A stretch of DNA of 53,444 nt, from positions 1-53,444 of the forward strand of contig DAIRUQ010000003.1 of NCBI GenBank assembly GCA_036803245.1. Reading direction: 5' to 3'. The DNA is from Chloroflexota bacterium. Its GTDB lineage: Bacteria > Chloroflexota > Anaerolineae > UBA1429. The notes below the pieces were generated by a model. That model searched no databases. It saw only the letters and a program-made list of their open reading frames with translations, and was not told the origin of the DNA. The number at the start of each line of letters is the position of its first letter. The first letter of the stretch is position 1. Of this stretch, positions 52,305 to 53,444 are shown piece after piece. Position numbers and translations under genes: made by a program.

Positions 52305-52332
52305 CGCCCCAATCGTCACCGAGGAGTGTGTC

Positions 52333-53444
52333 TTGAAAGAGCAAGCAACCCCCCAGCGTTGGCAGCGCATCGTCGTCAAGGTCGGCACCAGCACCCTGAC
52401 GGCTGGCACGCGGCGGCTCAGCCCGCCTCGGATGGTTAGCTTGGTTCGGCAGCTTGCCCGGCTGCATCTGGCTGGCCACAGCGTCGTGCTGGTTAGCTCA
52501 GGTGCGCAACAGGCCGGCCGCGAGCGGTTGGGTTATCCCGAAGAGAGCAAGAGCATCCCGTTCAAGCAGATGCTGGCGGCGGTGGGCCAGGGACGGCTGA
52601 TGCACCTTTGGGAGCAGTACTTTGACATCTATGATCTCGTGGTGGCCCAGGTGCTGATGACGCGCGAGGATGTAGAGGACCGGCGGCGCTATCTCAACCT
52701 GCGAGACACGTTCGAGAGCCTCTTGCAGCGAGCCATCGTTCCCATCGTCAACGAGAACGACGCGGTGGCCACCGACGAGATCAAGGTGGGCGAGAACGAT
52801 AGCCTGGCCGCCATGGTGGCCAACGCTATCGAGGCTGACTTGCTGATTCTGCTCACCGATCGCGATGGCGTGTATACGGCCGACCCCGATCTCTCGGCCG
52901 AAGCGCGCCTGATCCCGCACGTGGAGAGCATCGATGCCAGCCTGTATGCCATGGCCAAAGGCAGCCATTCGGGGTTGGGCACGGGCGGCATGTATACCAA
53001 GATCCTGGCCGCCGATCTAGCCACGCGATCGGGTACCCATGTGGTGGTGGCCAACGGCAATCGTGAGGACGTGGTGGAGGGGGTGCTGGCGGGGACGGTG
53101 CCATGCACCTGGTTTGGCAGCCAGATCACGCCCGCCGAGGGGCGAAAGCGCTGGCTGCTGGCTCAGACGGCCACCGCCGGCAGCGTGGTGGTGGACGCCG
53201 GCGCCAAGCGCGCCCTGATCCATGACGGTCGCAGCCTGCTGCCGGTCGGCATCGTTCGCTGGGAGGGCGCTTTTCGGCGGGGAGAGGCCATCTCGATTCG
53301 TGATACCTCTGATCACGAGGTCGCTCGGGGGCTGGCTGCCTATGACGCCGACGATCTCGCCAGGATCGCTGGCAAGCAATCCGGCGAGGTCACCGAGATC
53401 CTCGGCTATCACTATGGGAATGCCTTTGTTCACCGCGACAAGCT
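52333..53444 (+). CDS. proB: glutamate 5-kinase (3' end cut by window edge)
   Basis: Not in the ORF track because it runs off the edge. TTG start follows GAGGAG plus a 6-nt spacer. ...WQRIVVKVGTSTLT...VLVSSGA...PIVNENDAV...GENDSLAA..., then a C-terminal PUA domain (GSVVVDAGAKRALIHDGRSLLPVGI). Confidence 0.92.
   Translation, partial: MKEQATPQRWQRIVVKVGTSTLTAGTRRLSPPRMVSLVRQLARLHLAGHSVVLVSSGAQQAGRERLGYPEESKSIPFKQMLAAVGQGRLMHLWEQYFDIYDLVVAQVLMTREDVEDRRRYLNLRDTFESLLQRAIVPIVNENDAVATDEIKVGENDSLAAMVANAIEADLLILLTDRDGVYTADPDLSAEARLIPHVESIDASLYAMAKGSHSGLGTGGMYTKILAADLATRSGTHVVVANGNREDVVEGVLAGTVPCTWFGSQITPAEGRKRWLLAQTATAGSVVVDAGAKRALIHDGRSLLPVGIVRWEGAFRRGEAISIRDTSDHEVARGLAAYDADDLARIAGKQSGEVTEILGYHYGNAFVHRDK

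Noticed and set aside
52498-53433. Three minus-strand ORFs (138-156 aa) at the right edge
   Set aside because: They are antisense to proB, which reads cleanly on the plus strand and was missed by the ORF track only because it runs off the window.

Overview
GC-rich bacterial chromosomal segment, densely packed and mostly housekeeping. I saw no transposase, integrase, CRISPR array or prophage signature. Lineage cannot be fixed by eye. SpoVS, T-box, HisZ, RodZ and encapsulin together fit a high-GC Chloroflexota/Thermomicrobia-like organism, but that is a guess.

Recognisable content, in order:
- HAD hydrolase (cut by the window edge), greA, lysS, a split UxaA-type dehydratase
- RNase P RNA (rnpB), hidden under spurious ORF calls
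- infC-rpmI-rplT, a TrmH-type methyltransferase, cinA/pncC, holB plus a PSP1/RicT-like gene, a PHP phosphoesterase coupled to spoVS, a GH29 fucosidase
- a complete his operon on the minus strand (hisZGDCBHAFIE plus a HAD hydrolase)
- a glycerol cluster (glpK plus three redox genes)
- tRNA-Gly(CCC) followed by a T-box leader and thrS
- a PT-rich surface protein, ogt, a PDZ membrane protein, lgt, an MFS transporter, comEA, tRNA-Leu(GAG), plsX, a GT39-like glycosyltransferase, an HNH protein, rimO, rodZ and proB (cut by the window edge)

The standout is a co-directional 11-gene block at about 12.4-21.4 kb. One promoter sits at its head, overlapped by an AT-rich inverted repeat, and one strong terminator sits at its end. 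It contains a family-1 encapsulin shell gene directly preceded by a tandem (two-domain) diiron ferritin/bacterioferritin-like protein. That protein ends in a linker plus a ...SVGSLVNRG tail resembling an encapsulin cargo-loading peptide. The block also holds a 54-aa rubredoxin (absent from the ORF track), a rubredoxin-reductase-like flavoprotein, three rubredoxin-less rubrerythrin-like ('erythrin') paralogs, a two-subunit 2-oxoacid:ferredoxin oxidoreductase, a glutaredoxin-PDZ fusion and a DUF554 membrane protein. I read this as an encapsulin-centred iron-storage and oxidative-stress module wired to a rubredoxin electron chain. As far as I know that combination is not a described encapsulin operon type.

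Other hand-found signals:
- a His-codon leader peptide (…QHHHHR) with promoter and intrinsic terminator upstream of hisZ
- a Thr (ACC) T-box in front of a TGS-less thrS, apparently co-transcribed with tRNA-Gly
- a probable AUC start for infC
- a terminator-like hairpin in the greA leader
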